A stretch of 64,000 nucleotides of DNA, taken from the NCBI GenBank assembly GCA_964439025.1, contig CAYTMW010000016.1:9216-73215 (forward strand), written 5' to 3'. The notes beneath the pieces are model-generated. The model searched no databases, was not told the origin of the DNA, and saw nothing but the letters and a program-made list of their open reading frames with translations. Source of the stretch: an uncultured Gemmatimonas sp. Lineage in GTDB: Bacteria; Gemmatimonadota; Gemmatimonadetes; Gemmatimonadales; GWC2-71-9. Position numbers and translations under genes: made by a program. Shown piece by piece: positions 55,765 through 64,000 of the stretch (the first letter of the stretch is position 1; each line of letters begins with the position of its first letter).

Positions 55765-56886
55765 TCAGGTGGTTCCGAACAGCCCCGTCGTCGCCAGCTG
55801 ATACAGGCCCCCCTCGCGCTGCCGGATTCGTCCCGAGAGCTCCAGCGCCGAGAGCGCGTCGAGCGCGTCAATCACTGGAGCGCCGGTGGCCTCGATCAGC
55901 TCCTCGGTGCGCCGCGGGCCCGCCCAGAGCGCATTCACGATACGTCCCTCGGTGGGTGCGAGCGTCCCCGCCTCGGGAACGGCGCGTCCTCGTGCCGCGC
56001 GGGCGGCCTCAGGGAAATGCAGGAGAAGATCCGCCAGCTCGAGCAGTGGCGCCGCTCCATCGCGGATCAGCCGGTTGGTCCCTCCGGACACCGGACTCGT
56101 AATCGGACCAGGCACCGCCATCACCTCCTTTCCTTGATTCTGGGCGCAGGCGACGGTCTGCAGCGCTCCCGAGGCATTCGCTGCCTCGACGACGACCGTC
56201 ACCCGCGCGAGTCCGCTGATGAGACGGTTTCGGCGCGGGAAGCTGCCGGGCCCGGGACGCTGGCCGGGAGGAAATTCGGTGAGGAGGAGACCCCGCTCCA
56301 CCACGCGCTGGTACAGCTGCAGGTTGGAGAGCGGATAGATCACGCCAAGGCCGTTCCCCAGGACGCCGATGGTCCCACCTGATGCATCGAGCGCGCCGGT
56401 GTGCGCCACGGCGTCGAGTCCCCGCGCCATCCCGCTCACCACGACCAGTCCGGCATCCGCCGCGGCGCGCGCCAGGGCCCGGCACACTTCGGCGCCATAG
56501 TGCGAGTGATCGCGGCTTCCGACGATCGCGAGTGCGGGACGCTCGAGGAGATCGAGTTGTCCGAGGGCAAATAGACACAGCGGCGGATCGGGGATCTCAC
56601 TAAGGGCGCCGGGAAACCCACCGGCGCCCGGGAGGAGCAGCGCTCCGCCCAGATCGGCGAGCCGGGACAGCGCTCGGTGCGCCGCCCCACGGTCCGCCTG
56701 CTGAATTGCCTCCGCGACCTCATCGGAAATCTCCGGGACGGAGCGTAAAAGCCCGAACGGCGCCGAGAGGGCGCCGTCCGGGGTCTCGAATCGTTCGAGG
56801 AGCGCGGCGAATCGCGCGGCGCCGACCCCCGGCACCAGCGCGAGCGCGAGGTATGACTCATCCATCGGCCTCGTCTCCGAATTCAT
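55765..56886 (-). CDS. dprA: DNA-processing protein DprA
   Basis: The Rossmann-like core reads AIVGSRDHSHYG ... VVSGMARGLDAVAH ... LGNGLGVIYP. Confidence 0.85.
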   Translation of the reverse strand: MNSETRPMDESYLALALVPGVGAARFAALLERFETPDGALSAPFGLLRSVPEISDEVAEAIQQADRGAAHRALSRLADLGGALLLPGAGGFPGALSEIPDPPLCLFALGQLDLLERPALAIVGSRDHSHYGAEVCRALARAAADAGLVVVSGMARGLDAVAHTGALDASGGTIGVLGNGLGVIYPLSNLQLYQRVVERGLLLTEFPPGQRPGPGSFPRRNRLISGLARVTVVVEAANASGALQTVACAQNQGKEVMAVPGPITSPVSGGTNRLIRDGAAPLLELADLLLHFPEAARAARGRAVPEAGTLAPTEGRIVNALWAGPRRTEELIEATGAPVIDALDALSALELSGRIRQREGGLYQLATTGLFGTT

Positions 56887-57889
56887 GGACGACGAGATCG
56901 GCGGCGCGCGCCTCCGTCACCAGAGCCCAGAGCTTCGAGTTGAACGGCTCGAGGCCGCGGCGCGCGGCGCTCGACAGCACGATCGTCCCACGCGCCTCGG
57001 GAGCCTCGACCACCGGGATGGGGTCCCCGGGAGGGATCAGGTCGCTCTTGGTGAGCACGATGAGGTGCGGCTTGTCGTGGAGAAGCGCACTGTATTCCCG
57101 GAGCTCGCGACGCAGACGCGCATACCCGGCCTGCACATCTTCGCTGTCGAGCGGAATCAGGTACGCGAGCACCCTGGTGCGCTCGATATGCTGCAGAAAC
57201 TTGTGTCCGAGCCCCTTACCCTGATGCGCTCCCTCGATGATGCCGGGAATGTCGGCCACAACGAATGAGCGCGACCCGCTGAGCCCGACGACGCCCAGGT
57301 TGGGCTCCAGCGTCGTGAAGGGGTAGGCGGCGATCTTCGGGCGCGCGGCGGAGATGGCGGCGAGCAAGCTGCTTTTTCCGGCGTTGGGCTCCCCCACGAG
57401 TCCCACGTCGGCGATCAGCTTGAGCACCAGCTCGATCTGCCGGTCCTGCCCCTCCTGGCCCGGCTCCCATTCCCTCGGCGCCTGGTGGGTCGGCGTGGCG
57501 AATCGGGCATTGCCCCGCCCTCCGCGCCCCCCTTTGGCGACCAGCAGCTCGTCGTCCGCGCGGAGGATTTCACCGATCAGCTCGCCGGTCGCCGCATCGC
57601 GCACCTCGGTTCCACGGGGCACAGGGAGATAGAGATCATTTCCCGACGGGCCCGTCATCGTCTTGCCCTTGCCGTGCTGGCCACGCTCCGCTTTCCATGA
57701 CGTGCGATAGCGATAGTCGAGGAGCGTGGCGAGGTTGGCGTCGCCCCGCACATAGATGCTCCCGCCGTGCCCGCCGTCCCCGCCGTCGGGGCCGCCCTTG
57801 GGTACATACTTGAACCGTGCGAACGAGCTCGAGCCGGATCCGCCGGTGCCCGCGACGGCGTGCACCAGGGCGCGATCGATAAACGTCAT
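56858..57889 (-). CDS. obg: GTPase Obg/CgtA
   Basis: ORF 56858..58378 trimmed by residue count to MTFIDRALVHAVAGTGGSGSSSF. It has a Gly-rich Obg fold and G motifs (GEPNAGKS, DIPG, TKSD). Confidence 0.9.
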   Translation of the reverse strand: MTFIDRALVHAVAGTGGSGSSSFARFKYVPKGGPDGGDGGHGGSIYVRGDANLATLLDYRYRTSWKAERGQHGKGKTMTGPSGNDLYLPVPRGTEVRDAATGELIGEILRADDELLVAKGGRGGRGNARFATPTHQAPREWEPGQEGQDRQIELVLKLIADVGLVGEPNAGKSSLLAAISAARPKIAAYPFTTLEPNLGVVGLSGSRSFVVADIPGIIEGAHQGKGLGHKFLQHIERTRVLAYLIPLDSEDVQAGYARLRRELREYSALLHDKPHLIVLTKSDLIPPGDPIPVVEAPEARGTIVLSSAARRGLEPFNSKLWALVTEARAADLVVHEFGDEADG

Positions 57890-58533
57890 GACGTCCGAAT
57901 CCGATTCCAGAGAGATGCCAGCAGCGCGCGCTCGCTGGAGCCGAGCACCGGCCGCACGATGTCGAGCGCCTCGTCGAGTACCGCCGCCGCCACGCCGGCG
58001 TGGAGGGCGCCCTTCAGATGGGAGTAGAGTTGCCGCTCCACGCCCTGAACCGCGACCTGCGCCACGACCGCGAGCTCGCGCCGGGCCAGATCCAGTCCCG
58101 GCCGCCCCAGCGTGCGACCGTACCCCTCGGTGACCATCCAGGCATCGAGGGCGGGATGCAGCTCCCGGATATTGGCGCGCAGCCGGTCGTAGTTCGTTCC
58201 GTAGATCACCCGGCACACAGCCTCCCCACGGGTGCGCCACGCCGGAGTCGCGCCGTCTTCCGCGCCGTCTTCCAGCGACCGCGCGGGACCGCCGATCCCT
58301 CGCCAGATCGCGGCGGCGGAGAGGGCGCGTGGCCAGCCAACCATGAGGGTGGACTGGAGCAGCAGCTCGTCCACCCACGTCTCGGGAGCCCCATCGGCGA
58401 GACAGGTGCGACAGTGCAGCTCGACCGCCGCCTCGTCTCCCCCAGCGATTGCCGCCGCGAGCGCGACAAGGGATCGGGTCGCGTCGTCCAGCGCGCTCAA
58501 GCTCATACCGGGAGAGGCGTCCGAGCGAACCAC
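57886..58533 (-). CDS. carboxymuconolactone decarboxylase / AhpD-like family protein
   Basis: Two CMD-like halves with a CxxC in VELHCRTCL. The alternative start is ATG 58506. Confidence 0.6.
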   Translation of the reverse strand: MVRSDASPGMSLSALDDATRSLVALAAAIAGGDEAAVELHCRTCLADGAPETWVDELLLQSTLMVGWPRALSAAAIWRGIGGPARSLEDGAEDGATPAWRTRGEAVCRVIYGTNYDRLRANIRELHPALDAWMVTEGYGRTLGRPGLDLARRELAVVAQVAVQGVERQLYSHLKGALHAGVAAAVLDEALDIVRPVLGSSERALLASLWNRIRTS

Positions 58534-58542
58534 CCGAACGCG

Positions 58543-59565
58543 TCAGACATCGAAGAACTGCAGTGTGCCCGCGGGCCGAAGCTCACCGGTGACCACACCC
58601 CGGGTATTGACGATGGGCGGACGGGCATAGGCCGTGAGGGGCTCCAGGGAATACGTCGCGAACTCCGCCGCGGCGCGGCGCTCGAGGACCTGGCGAAGCA
58701 CGTCGAGCAGCGCGACTGCGGAGGCGCGCATGTCGCCATCCTCGACCTTGAGGGCGACACCCAGCCCGAGCCAGCGTAGTGCCGCGCAATAGATTCCGTC
58801 GGCGCCGATCTTGGCGACGATGTTGCCCGGCCATCCGGCCATCAGGTCAGTGCAGAGCCTGCCGGTTCCCGCGACCAGAAACGGATGGGTCATCATTGCG
58901 CGCGTGATGCGCCGCGGCGCGGCGTCGTCGGAGGCGCCCAGCCGGGCGTAGGCCAGCGCCATGTTGCGGAGCGGGAGCGCGAAGCACACCGCGGTGCAGC
59001 CATCGGGCGCGGTCCGGATTTCGCCCCGGGCGACGCCGGTCCACTGCGTCACCACGTCGAGAATCCGCTCCTGCACCGGATGGCCCTGGGCATGGTACCC
59101 CGCGAGCGGCCAGCCGTGGTGCTTGGCGAGGGCCAGCATCCCGGTGTGCTTGCCGGAGCAGTTGCTCCATTTCGGCGTCATGGTCGAGGTACCGCAGAGC
59201 ACCGCCTTCGCGACGTCGGGAGAGATCGGCGGATGGATGCCGCAGGCGAGATCGCTCTCTCCGACGCCCACCTTCGCCATGAACTGGTCCACCGTCTCGA
59301 GATGCGGACCTTCGCTCGAGTGCGAAGCGCAGGCGAGCGCCAGCTCGGGGCTGGTGAGCCCGAAGTGCTCGGCCACGCCGTCCTCGACCAGCGGCATCGC
59401 CTGGAATGGCTTGGCGGCGGACCGCCACCAGGTGACATGTCCGGGATCGCCGGCGGACGCGAGCAGACGGCCGTCCGCCCGCACGACGGCGACGGAGATG
59501 CGGTGCACCGATTCGGTGAGGGGGCCACGAATGGCTTCGACGCGGAACTCTGAGCGGGTCATCAA
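58543..59565 (-). CDS. asparaginase II family protein (Rhizobium etli AnsA type)
   Basis: ESVHRISVAVV...WRSAAKPFQAMPLV...ACASHSSE...NCSGKHTGMLA match the PF06089-type pattern as I recall it. Confidence 0.65.
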   Translation of the reverse strand: MMTRSEFRVEAIRGPLTESVHRISVAVVRADGRLLASAGDPGHVTWWRSAAKPFQAMPLVEDGVAEHFGLTSPELALACASHSSEGPHLETVDQFMAKVGVGESDLACGIHPPISPDVAKAVLCGTSTMTPKWSNCSGKHTGMLALAKHHGWPLAGYHAQGHPVQERILDVVTQWTGVARGEIRTAPDGCTAVCFALPLRNMALAYARLGASDDAAPRRITRAMMTHPFLVAGTGRLCTDLMAGWPGNIVAKIGADGIYCAALRWLGLGVALKVEDGDMRASAVALLDVLRQVLERRAAAEFATYSLEPLTAYARPPIVNTRGVVTGELRPAGTLQFFDV

Positions 59566-59615
59566 CGAGGAAACATAGCGGCGCGGGCGGGGAGCGCGGA
59601 TTACCTTTCCCGCCC

Positions 59616-60656
59616 ATGAGACCCACCCCGTCGCAGCCGCCCATCGCGCGCGACCGCCTGGTGCAGCTCCTCGACCGGATGCGGACCCGCCGGATCGCGG
59701 TGATTGGCGACGTCATGCTGGATCGCTACCTGATCGGTGACACCCACCGGCTCTCGCCCGAAGCGCCGGTCCCCGTGATCGCGATTCGGGAAACCCGCAG
59801 CGCGCTCGGCGGCGCTGCCAACGTCGCGGCGAACGTCGCGGCCATCGGAGCGTCCTGCCGCCTGGTGGGGGCGGTGGGAGACGACAGTCATGCGGGAGCG
59901 ATCCGCGCCGAGCTCGCCACGGCCCGCCTCGAGGACCGGCATCTCGTATCGATCTCAGGGCGCCCCACCACGACGAAGACCCGGGTCGTGGCGCGCAACC
60001 AGCAAATCGTGCGGATCGACGAGGAAATCGATCTGCCGGTGACCGGCCAGGACCAGGAGCGACTCATCTCTGCCGGTCTCGCCGCCCTGGTGGATGCGGA
60101 TGCCCTGATCCTCGAGGACTACAACAAGGGCGCGCTGACCGAGGCGCTGATAGGTGCGGCGATCGCGGCCGCCCGGCGGCGGGGCATCCCGGTCGTGGTG
60201 GATCCAAAGTTCCGGAATTTTTTTGCCTACAGCGGCTCCACCGTCTTCAAGCCGAATCGGCGGGAGATGGAGGCCGCGCTCGGCGCGACACTCGACCTCG
60301 AGGGGAACAACGCCCTGCAGGAAGCGCGGACCAAGCTGCGGGTCGACAACCTGCTGCTGACCCTGGGCGCGGACGGCATGGTCCTGGTGACGGCGGATGA
60401 GGCGATCATCCACATTCCGAGCCTCGCGCGCGAGGTCTTCGACGTGTCGGGCGCGGGCGATACGGTAACTGCCTGGGTCACCACGGCGCTCGCGGCGGGC
60501 GCGACGATACGCGAAGCGGCCCACGTCGCCAACTCCGCGGCGGGCATCGGGGTCGGCAAGGCCGGCGTCGCGACCGTGGCGCCCACCGAGGTGCTCGCGT
60601 CGCATGAAGAGCGCTACGATGCCATCGGGCGGTTGCGGCGCGGAGGAGTGATATGA
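59616..60656 (+). CDS. rfaE: D-glycero-beta-D-manno-heptose-7-phosphate kinase (RfaE domain I, PfkB family)
   Basis: RIAVIGDVMLDRYLIGDTHRLSPEAPVPVIAI and C-terminal DVSGAGDTV. Confidence 0.8.
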   Translation: MRPTPSQPPIARDRLVQLLDRMRTRRIAVIGDVMLDRYLIGDTHRLSPEAPVPVIAIRETRSALGGAANVAANVAAIGASCRLVGAVGDDSHAGAIRAELATARLEDRHLVSISGRPTTTKTRVVARNQQIVRIDEEIDLPVTGQDQERLISAGLAALVDADALILEDYNKGALTEALIGAAIAAARRRGIPVVVDPKFRNFFAYSGSTVFKPNRREMEAALGATLDLEGNNALQEARTKLRVDNLLLTLGADGMVLVTADEAIIHIPSLAREVFDVSGAGDTVTAWVTTALAAGATIREAAHVANSAAGIGVGKAGVATVAPTEVLASHEERYDAIGRLRRGGVI

Positions 60657-60682
60657 ATTGCGAACCGTTAGCGTCTCCCACG

Positions 60683-60711
60683 TTGACCCTTTCCACCTGA
60701 ATAGGTACTTT
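60683..60711 (+). promoter_or_regulatory. candidate promoter of tRNA-Val
   Basis: TTGACC (60683-60688), 17 nt, TACTTT (60706-60711), 17 nt before the mature tRNA 5' end. Confidence 0.3.
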
Positions 60712-60728
60712 CCCCTTCCCGAAAATTC

Positions 60729-60802
60729 GGGCGATTAGCTCAGCTGGTTAGAGCGCGCGCCTCACATGCGCGAGGTCGGGGGTTCGAGCCCCTCATCGCC
60801 CA
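60729..60802 (+). tRNA. tRNA-Val (anticodon CAC), no encoded CCA
   Basis: Folded by hand: acceptor GGGCGAT/ATCGCCC+A, D arm GCTC-AGCTGGTTA-GAGC, anticodon arm CGCGC-CTCACAT-GCGCG, variable loop AGGTC, T arm GGGGG-TTCGAGC-CCCTC. Total 74 nt. Confidence 0.88.
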
Positions 60803-60808
60803 TGCTCG

Positions 60809-60855
60809 AACGAAGCAGCCCCGCCGGCGCTTACCGCCGGTGGGGCTGCTTCGTT
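60809..60855 (+). terminator. long GC-rich hairpin directly 3' of tRNA-Val (terminator-like, weak U-tract)
   Basis: AACGAAGCAGCCCC-G-CCGGCG-CTTAC-CGCCGG-T-GGGGCTGCTTCGTT gives a 20-bp interrupted stem, followed by GTG. Confidence 0.45.
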
Positions 60856-61020
60856 GTGCCAGACCGGGCGCGCGGTCGTCTCAGTCAGCGTGCCAGAAGG
60901 GCGCGGTGCGCCGGCACCGTCCAACCCTCCGCGCGCTTCGCGTCCAGTCCGAGTCCCAGAGCTCCATGCTGGTTATCCGCCACCGGCCAAGAAAGGCGGA
61001 GCGCGTCGTCACTTATCGCA

Positions 61021-61317
61021 CTACCCGCTGGTGCTGCTGCCGGTCGACCCAGGTTGGTATCGTCGGCGGAGGACCAGTGCTGCAGACTCCGACCGCACCG
61101 CCGAATCCACCGCTCGTCTTTCCTGCTCACACCATGCCTGGAGTTCGGCTGTCACACCAGCCTCAGTAAGCGTGCGAAGGCCCTTGTTGACAACTCGAAG
61201 CCAGTCGATGTACGGGGGCTCAAGTTGGTCCGGGTCGGCAGCGATGGCACGGAGCTTGTGCCGGTCGGGCTCGTTGTACCAGGCAACGCCGACTCTCGTT
61301 TCGGGTGACCGCTGCAT
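61021..61317 (-). CDS. hypothetical small protein (cassette-like ORF)
   Basis: 98-aa ORF (MQRSPETRVGVAWYNEPDRHKLRAIAADPDQLEPPYIDWL...AELQAWCEQ...) with plausible protein composition. It is preceded at 43 nt by an attC-like right end. No family recognised. Confidence 0.4.
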   Translation of the reverse strand: MQRSPETRVGVAWYNEPDRHKLRAIAADPDQLEPPYIDWLRVVNKGLRTLTEAGVTAELQAWCEQERRAVDSAVRSESAALVLRRRYQPGSTGSSTSG

Positions 61318-61602
61318 CGCTAAGACTCCGTGTGAAGAACTGGACTCCGATCGGCGCGCGCCGAACGACTTGCGCTTCAGCTGCGGGGCGTGCTATGGCA
61401 GGCTCGGCTCAGGCTCTGTGATGCCAACGGCCGGGGACGCCGCGCCCGCGCACCGTCAAAGCGCCAACCGCCCGCGTGTACCGGGGGGCCGCAAACACTC
61501 AGAGAGGGCCTGCCGACAGTATCCCCGGGGCGGGGCCTTTCCCACCAATCCAATGGGCTGGGAATTGAATGATCGGTTTCCGCATAACGAACAGCGTTAT
61601 GC

Positions 61603-61684
61603 TGCCAACGCCCAAATGAAATGCGGCCGCGGCGCGGCCGCTACCGATAGGCCTGCGTTGGTCAGTATCAACGCGCGGTTAGAC
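61603..61684 (-). other. degenerate attC-like site after the beta-propeller ORF
   Basis: The minus strand reads GTCTAAC-CGCGCGTTGATACTGACCAACGC ... GCGGCCGCGCCGCGGCCGC ... GCGTTGGCA. The inverse core is perfect and the right end is imperfect. Confidence 0.5.
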
Positions 61685-61693
61685 CGCAGTTGG

Positions 61694-62929
61694 CTAGTGA
61701 CGACTGATGAATCCATAGACGCGGACGTGCTGCACATCATCCGTGTCCATCCAAGTGCCAATGGCATACTCGGGCGTAATCTGGGTCGGCGTGAACCGCG
61801 CCGGCATCTGAACCGCACCCTGCCAGGTACCGCTGGAATCGAAGACTTCGAAGGTCGCGTCATCAGGGTGGGCAGGCTCAGAATACCTGCGAATCCACAG
61901 GGATCCATCTGCGCTAACGAGGATGCCGGCATACGCGGGCTTCATACTTGGGTAGGGTGCATCCTTGAGTGTCTCGAGGTACCGGTTACGCCTCGCCTCC
62001 GATCCCGGTTCCCATCCTGCGCCCGCACGTTTTACGTAGGCGTCAATGTCAGCGGCGGTCACTGGCAGAGGCGTTGCAGTCCATCGCACAACGCGCTTCA
62101 GCTTGCCATCGGCCTGCTTGACCAACACTTCTGGTCTATCCGCCGTCCCCACGACTACGAGCAACTGGTGCGCGACTGCGAAGAGATTTTTGCCAAACGG
62201 GCGATCCGATACGCTGACGCGCTTCTCGCCGCGCACGATCCAGTCTTCATGGCCAGGATATCGCCCTACCGAGCCGCTCACTTGCCCCAACGCATCGTAG
62301 ACCACGACCGAAACAGTGTCACGATGCACTCCGGCCCTCGAGGTCGTCGTCACTGCGTTCTGGGTGCGGGCGACTAGGCGTCCGTCGGCCAACACCCCAA
62401 GGGGGCGGAGTCCGGCCTGTTCGCCGGGTACTCCCAACCACGTTGAGCGCTGAAAGGTACCGTCGGGTGAGAAGACGGAGACCCGCAGCAGGCTCCAGTC
62501 GTACGTGCGAAGCGTGTCGCCGACACCGACGTGCAGCCAGGCAAGCGAGCGGAATTCCCCTGGCCCGTCCCCGCTGCGTCCGATCGACTTCTGCCATGTG
62601 CCCCGTGAGTCGAAAACGCGAAGTTCGTGCGATCCGCTGTTGGCAACAACAAGTCTCCCATCGGAGAGGCGAACTGGGAACACAAATCCGCTGAATTCTT
62701 CGTGAGCACGGCCAGAAACCCGCCCAAGGTCAATGACGGGCGCCGAGTCGAGCGTGAACGGGGCTTGTGCTGAGGCCGGCGAGATGTTCTCGACGATTTG
62801 TACGCCGAGGCTATCGCGCACTATGCTTTTGCCGCCCTCGCCGTCCATAGCCACGCACCCGATCGCAACGACGCCGGCTATCACACACGGCCAAGGTGGC
62901 ACGAGCGCTTTCAGCGTCAATTCGTTCAC
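61694..62929 (-). CDS. 6-bladed beta-propeller lipoprotein (NHL/TolB-like), function unknown
   Basis: Lipobox VVAIGC with repeated blade motifs (SDGRLVVANSGSHELRVFDSRGTW, GDGPGEFRS, ADGSLWIRR, FEVFDSSGTW). The start is GTG 62929 or TTG 62920 (AAGGAG 8 nt upstream). Confidence 0.7.
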   Translation of the reverse strand: MNELTLKALVPPWPCVIAGVVAIGCVAMDGEGGKSIVRDSLGVQIVENISPASAQAPFTLDSAPVIDLGRVSGRAHEEFSGFVFPVRLSDGRLVVANSGSHELRVFDSRGTWQKSIGRSGDGPGEFRSLAWLHVGVGDTLRTYDWSLLRVSVFSPDGTFQRSTWLGVPGEQAGLRPLGVLADGRLVARTQNAVTTTSRAGVHRDTVSVVVYDALGQVSGSVGRYPGHEDWIVRGEKRVSVSDRPFGKNLFAVAHQLLVVVGTADRPEVLVKQADGKLKRVVRWTATPLPVTAADIDAYVKRAGAGWEPGSEARRNRYLETLKDAPYPSMKPAYAGILVSADGSLWIRRYSEPAHPDDATFEVFDSSGTWQGAVQMPARFTPTQITPEYAIGTWMDTDDVQHVRVYGFISRH

Positions 62930-62949
62930 TCCTTTCTCCGGCTGCTGCG

Positions 62950-63070
62950 GTCTAACGGGCTGCGCTTCTGCTGCGGGGGCCTGCCGAAGCCGCCGCCAGC
63001 CACCCCAACAAGCATAACCGGCGGCGGCCGAAGCGCTTAGGGCCCCGGCAGCTGCAAGCGCGGGTTAGGT
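62950..63070 (-). other. attC site (121 bp) after the OMP ORF
   Basis: The minus strand reads ACCTAAC-CCGCGCTTGCAGCTGCCGGGGCC ... GGCCCCCGCAGCAGAAGCGCAGCCC-GTTAGAC. There is an additional inner 9-bp stem GCCGCCGCC/GGCGGCGGC. Confidence 0.75.
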
Positions 63071-63077
63071 TGCGCGG

Positions 63078-63641
63078 TCAGTGATACCGTACGCGTGCTC
63101 CAAGCCCCATCGAGCGATACTGTGTACCGCCACCTGTGGACTGAGCCCACCAGATTGCTGGGCCAATGCTCCAGCGCGTGCCGCTCCGAAAGTCGATCCC
63201 GACGCTCAGGTCGAAGCCATTCGCCCACTCGCTATCGTAGCGAGGGCAAGAGAACGACACAGTAACGCAGTCCACAGCCTGAAAACCCTGCACACGACCG
63301 AGGCCGCCGCGAATATGCACTTGGGCGCGTTGACCCCACTGTACGGTGGGACCGACCGTGAGGGCCCTAAATGGCTGCCTGATCTCAAGAGTTGAGCGCA
63401 GGCTGGCATCCACGGCGAAATGATCGCTGATCGCGATCCCTACATTGACTGCGGCGAGGATGTTCTTCGAGTGAGTAGCGGCAAAGTTGCTCGTGGGCGG
63501 GCTGGTCTGGATGCGAATCCGAGTCCGGAGGTCGCTCACACCGAGCGTCGCCGTCGCATAGGGTGCTATTCTGGCCTGAGCCTGAGCTTCATTGATGCTG
63601 TGCCCCAACACGAAGACCAGGAAAAGCAAACGCGCCGACAT
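63078..63641 (-). CDS. small outer-membrane beta-barrel protein (OmpW/OmpA-beta-barrel-like)
   Basis: Signal peptide MSARLLFLVFVLGHSINEAQAQA, alternating beta-strand pattern, and C-terminal ...GLGARVRYH. Confidence 0.6.
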   Translation of the reverse strand: MSARLLFLVFVLGHSINEAQAQARIAPYATATLGVSDLRTRIRIQTSPPTSNFAATHSKNILAAVNVGIAISDHFAVDASLRSTLEIRQPFRALTVGPTVQWGQRAQVHIRGGLGRVQGFQAVDCVTVSFSCPRYDSEWANGFDLSVGIDFRSGTRWSIGPAIWWAQSTGGGTQYRSMGLGARVRYH

Positions 63642-63692
63642 GATGCCTCTTCCTCGGGGGACGAGTGGTTGCGAACCGATACGGCTGTCGCA

Positions 63693-63779
63693 ACCTAACG
63701 GACTGCGCTTCTGCTGCGGCCGCGATAGCCGACGGGCGACATCCAGCGCGCGGCCGTCTGCAGCAAGCGCGGGTTAGGC
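63693..63779 (-). other. attC site (87 bp) after the DUF3303-like ORF
   Basis: The minus strand reads GCCTAAC-CCGCGCTTGCTGCAGACGGCCGCGCG ... CGCGGCCGCAGCAGAAGCGCAGTCC-GTTAGGT. Both core heptamers fit RYYYAAC / GTTRRRY perfectly. Confidence 0.75.
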
Positions 63780-63790
63780 CGACCGATGCT

Positions 63791-64000
63791 TTACGGCACT
63801 AACCGAGAAGCGAGACGCTCCTGGACTTGGGCCGAGGAAAGCACCGGCATGACCTCACAATCCATCAGGTCGGACCACTGCGCCGTCCATTGCTCGACCA
63901 ACCCGCGATCGGCAGCTTCCATTACCTGATAGCACCGAGTCAGATCTTCCGTAATCCAGCTCGAGATGTAGCTGAGGCCTTCAGGCATGAGGCGGCCCTC
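63791..64000 (-). CDS. DUF3303-like small protein, N-terminus beyond window
   Basis: The frame is open to the window edge (...EGRLMPEGLSYISSWITEDLTRCYQVMEAADRGLVEQWTAQWSDLMDCEVMPVL). The pattern PEGL.Y..SW....CFQ.ME..D......W.DL...E..PV is recalled for DUF3303. Assignment is tentative. Confidence 0.45.
   Translation of the reverse strand, partial: EGRLMPEGLSYISSWITEDLTRCYQVMEAADRGLVEQWTAQWSDLMDCEVMPVLSSAQVQERLASRLVP

Noticed and set aside
60729-64000. Prophage or integrative element inserted at tRNA-Val.
   Set aside because: There is no integrase, no phage or conjugation genes, and no duplicated tRNA 3' end visible in the window. The attC-delimited cassette structure explains the region better.

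Overview
This is a 64-kb, high-GC (roughly 68-70 % by eye) bacterial chromosome segment. RNase Y, Rex and HrcA occur together with outer-membrane proteins, many genes overlap by 4 nt (ATGA/GTGA), and there are SAAKG-type REP elements and a 6-bladed beta-propeller lipoprotein. This suggests a Gemmatimonadota/Acidobacteriota-like soil bacterium, but that is inference only. Most of the window is a dense, mainly minus-strand housekeeping backbone. The first run is recN-nadK-dxs-ispA-xseB-xseA-folD-rny-zapA-pheT-pheS-rplT-rpmI-infC-phhA (2.4-18.3 kb). The second is ggt, an MBL hydrolase, a DnaQ-like exonuclease, arcA, rex, rsmA, an RsbU/W/V-like partner-switching module, coaD, rsmD, recJ, dnaG, mutS2, HIT, rsmE, prmA, dnaJ, hrcA, hemW, dprA and obg (32.8-57.9 kb). 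Two accessory patches interrupt the backbone. Patch (i), 24.5-32.8 kb, is bounded by two gene stubs (a GH29 fucosidase N-terminus and a 5'-deleted higB). It carries a HigB-2/HigA-2 toxin-antitoxin pair, a VOC protein, two large convergent ankyrin-repeat proteins, a DUF4198 protein and an M20 peptidase. Patch (ii), 60.8-64.0 kb, lies downstream of tRNA-Val(CAC) and has lower GC. The main non-obvious signal is a set of integron-type attC sites (RYYYAAC ... GTTRRRY imperfect palindromes). The core heptamer at the start of each cassette is the exact complement of the inverse core of that cassette's own attC. These sites bracket the HigBA-2 pair at 24.8-25.8 kb and define a minus-strand cassette array at about 61-64 kb. 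No integrase is present in the window. Other signals: a REP family whose core supplies the stop codon of three genes and sits in the 5' end of xseA; a ~170-bp dispersed structured repeat; unusual hairpins whose arms are tandem 7-9-mers, one of them in frame inside mutS2; a perfect Rex operator over the rex start codon; and terminator-containing leaders directly upstream of infC and phhA. All calls come from reading translations and sequence by eye. No database search was run.
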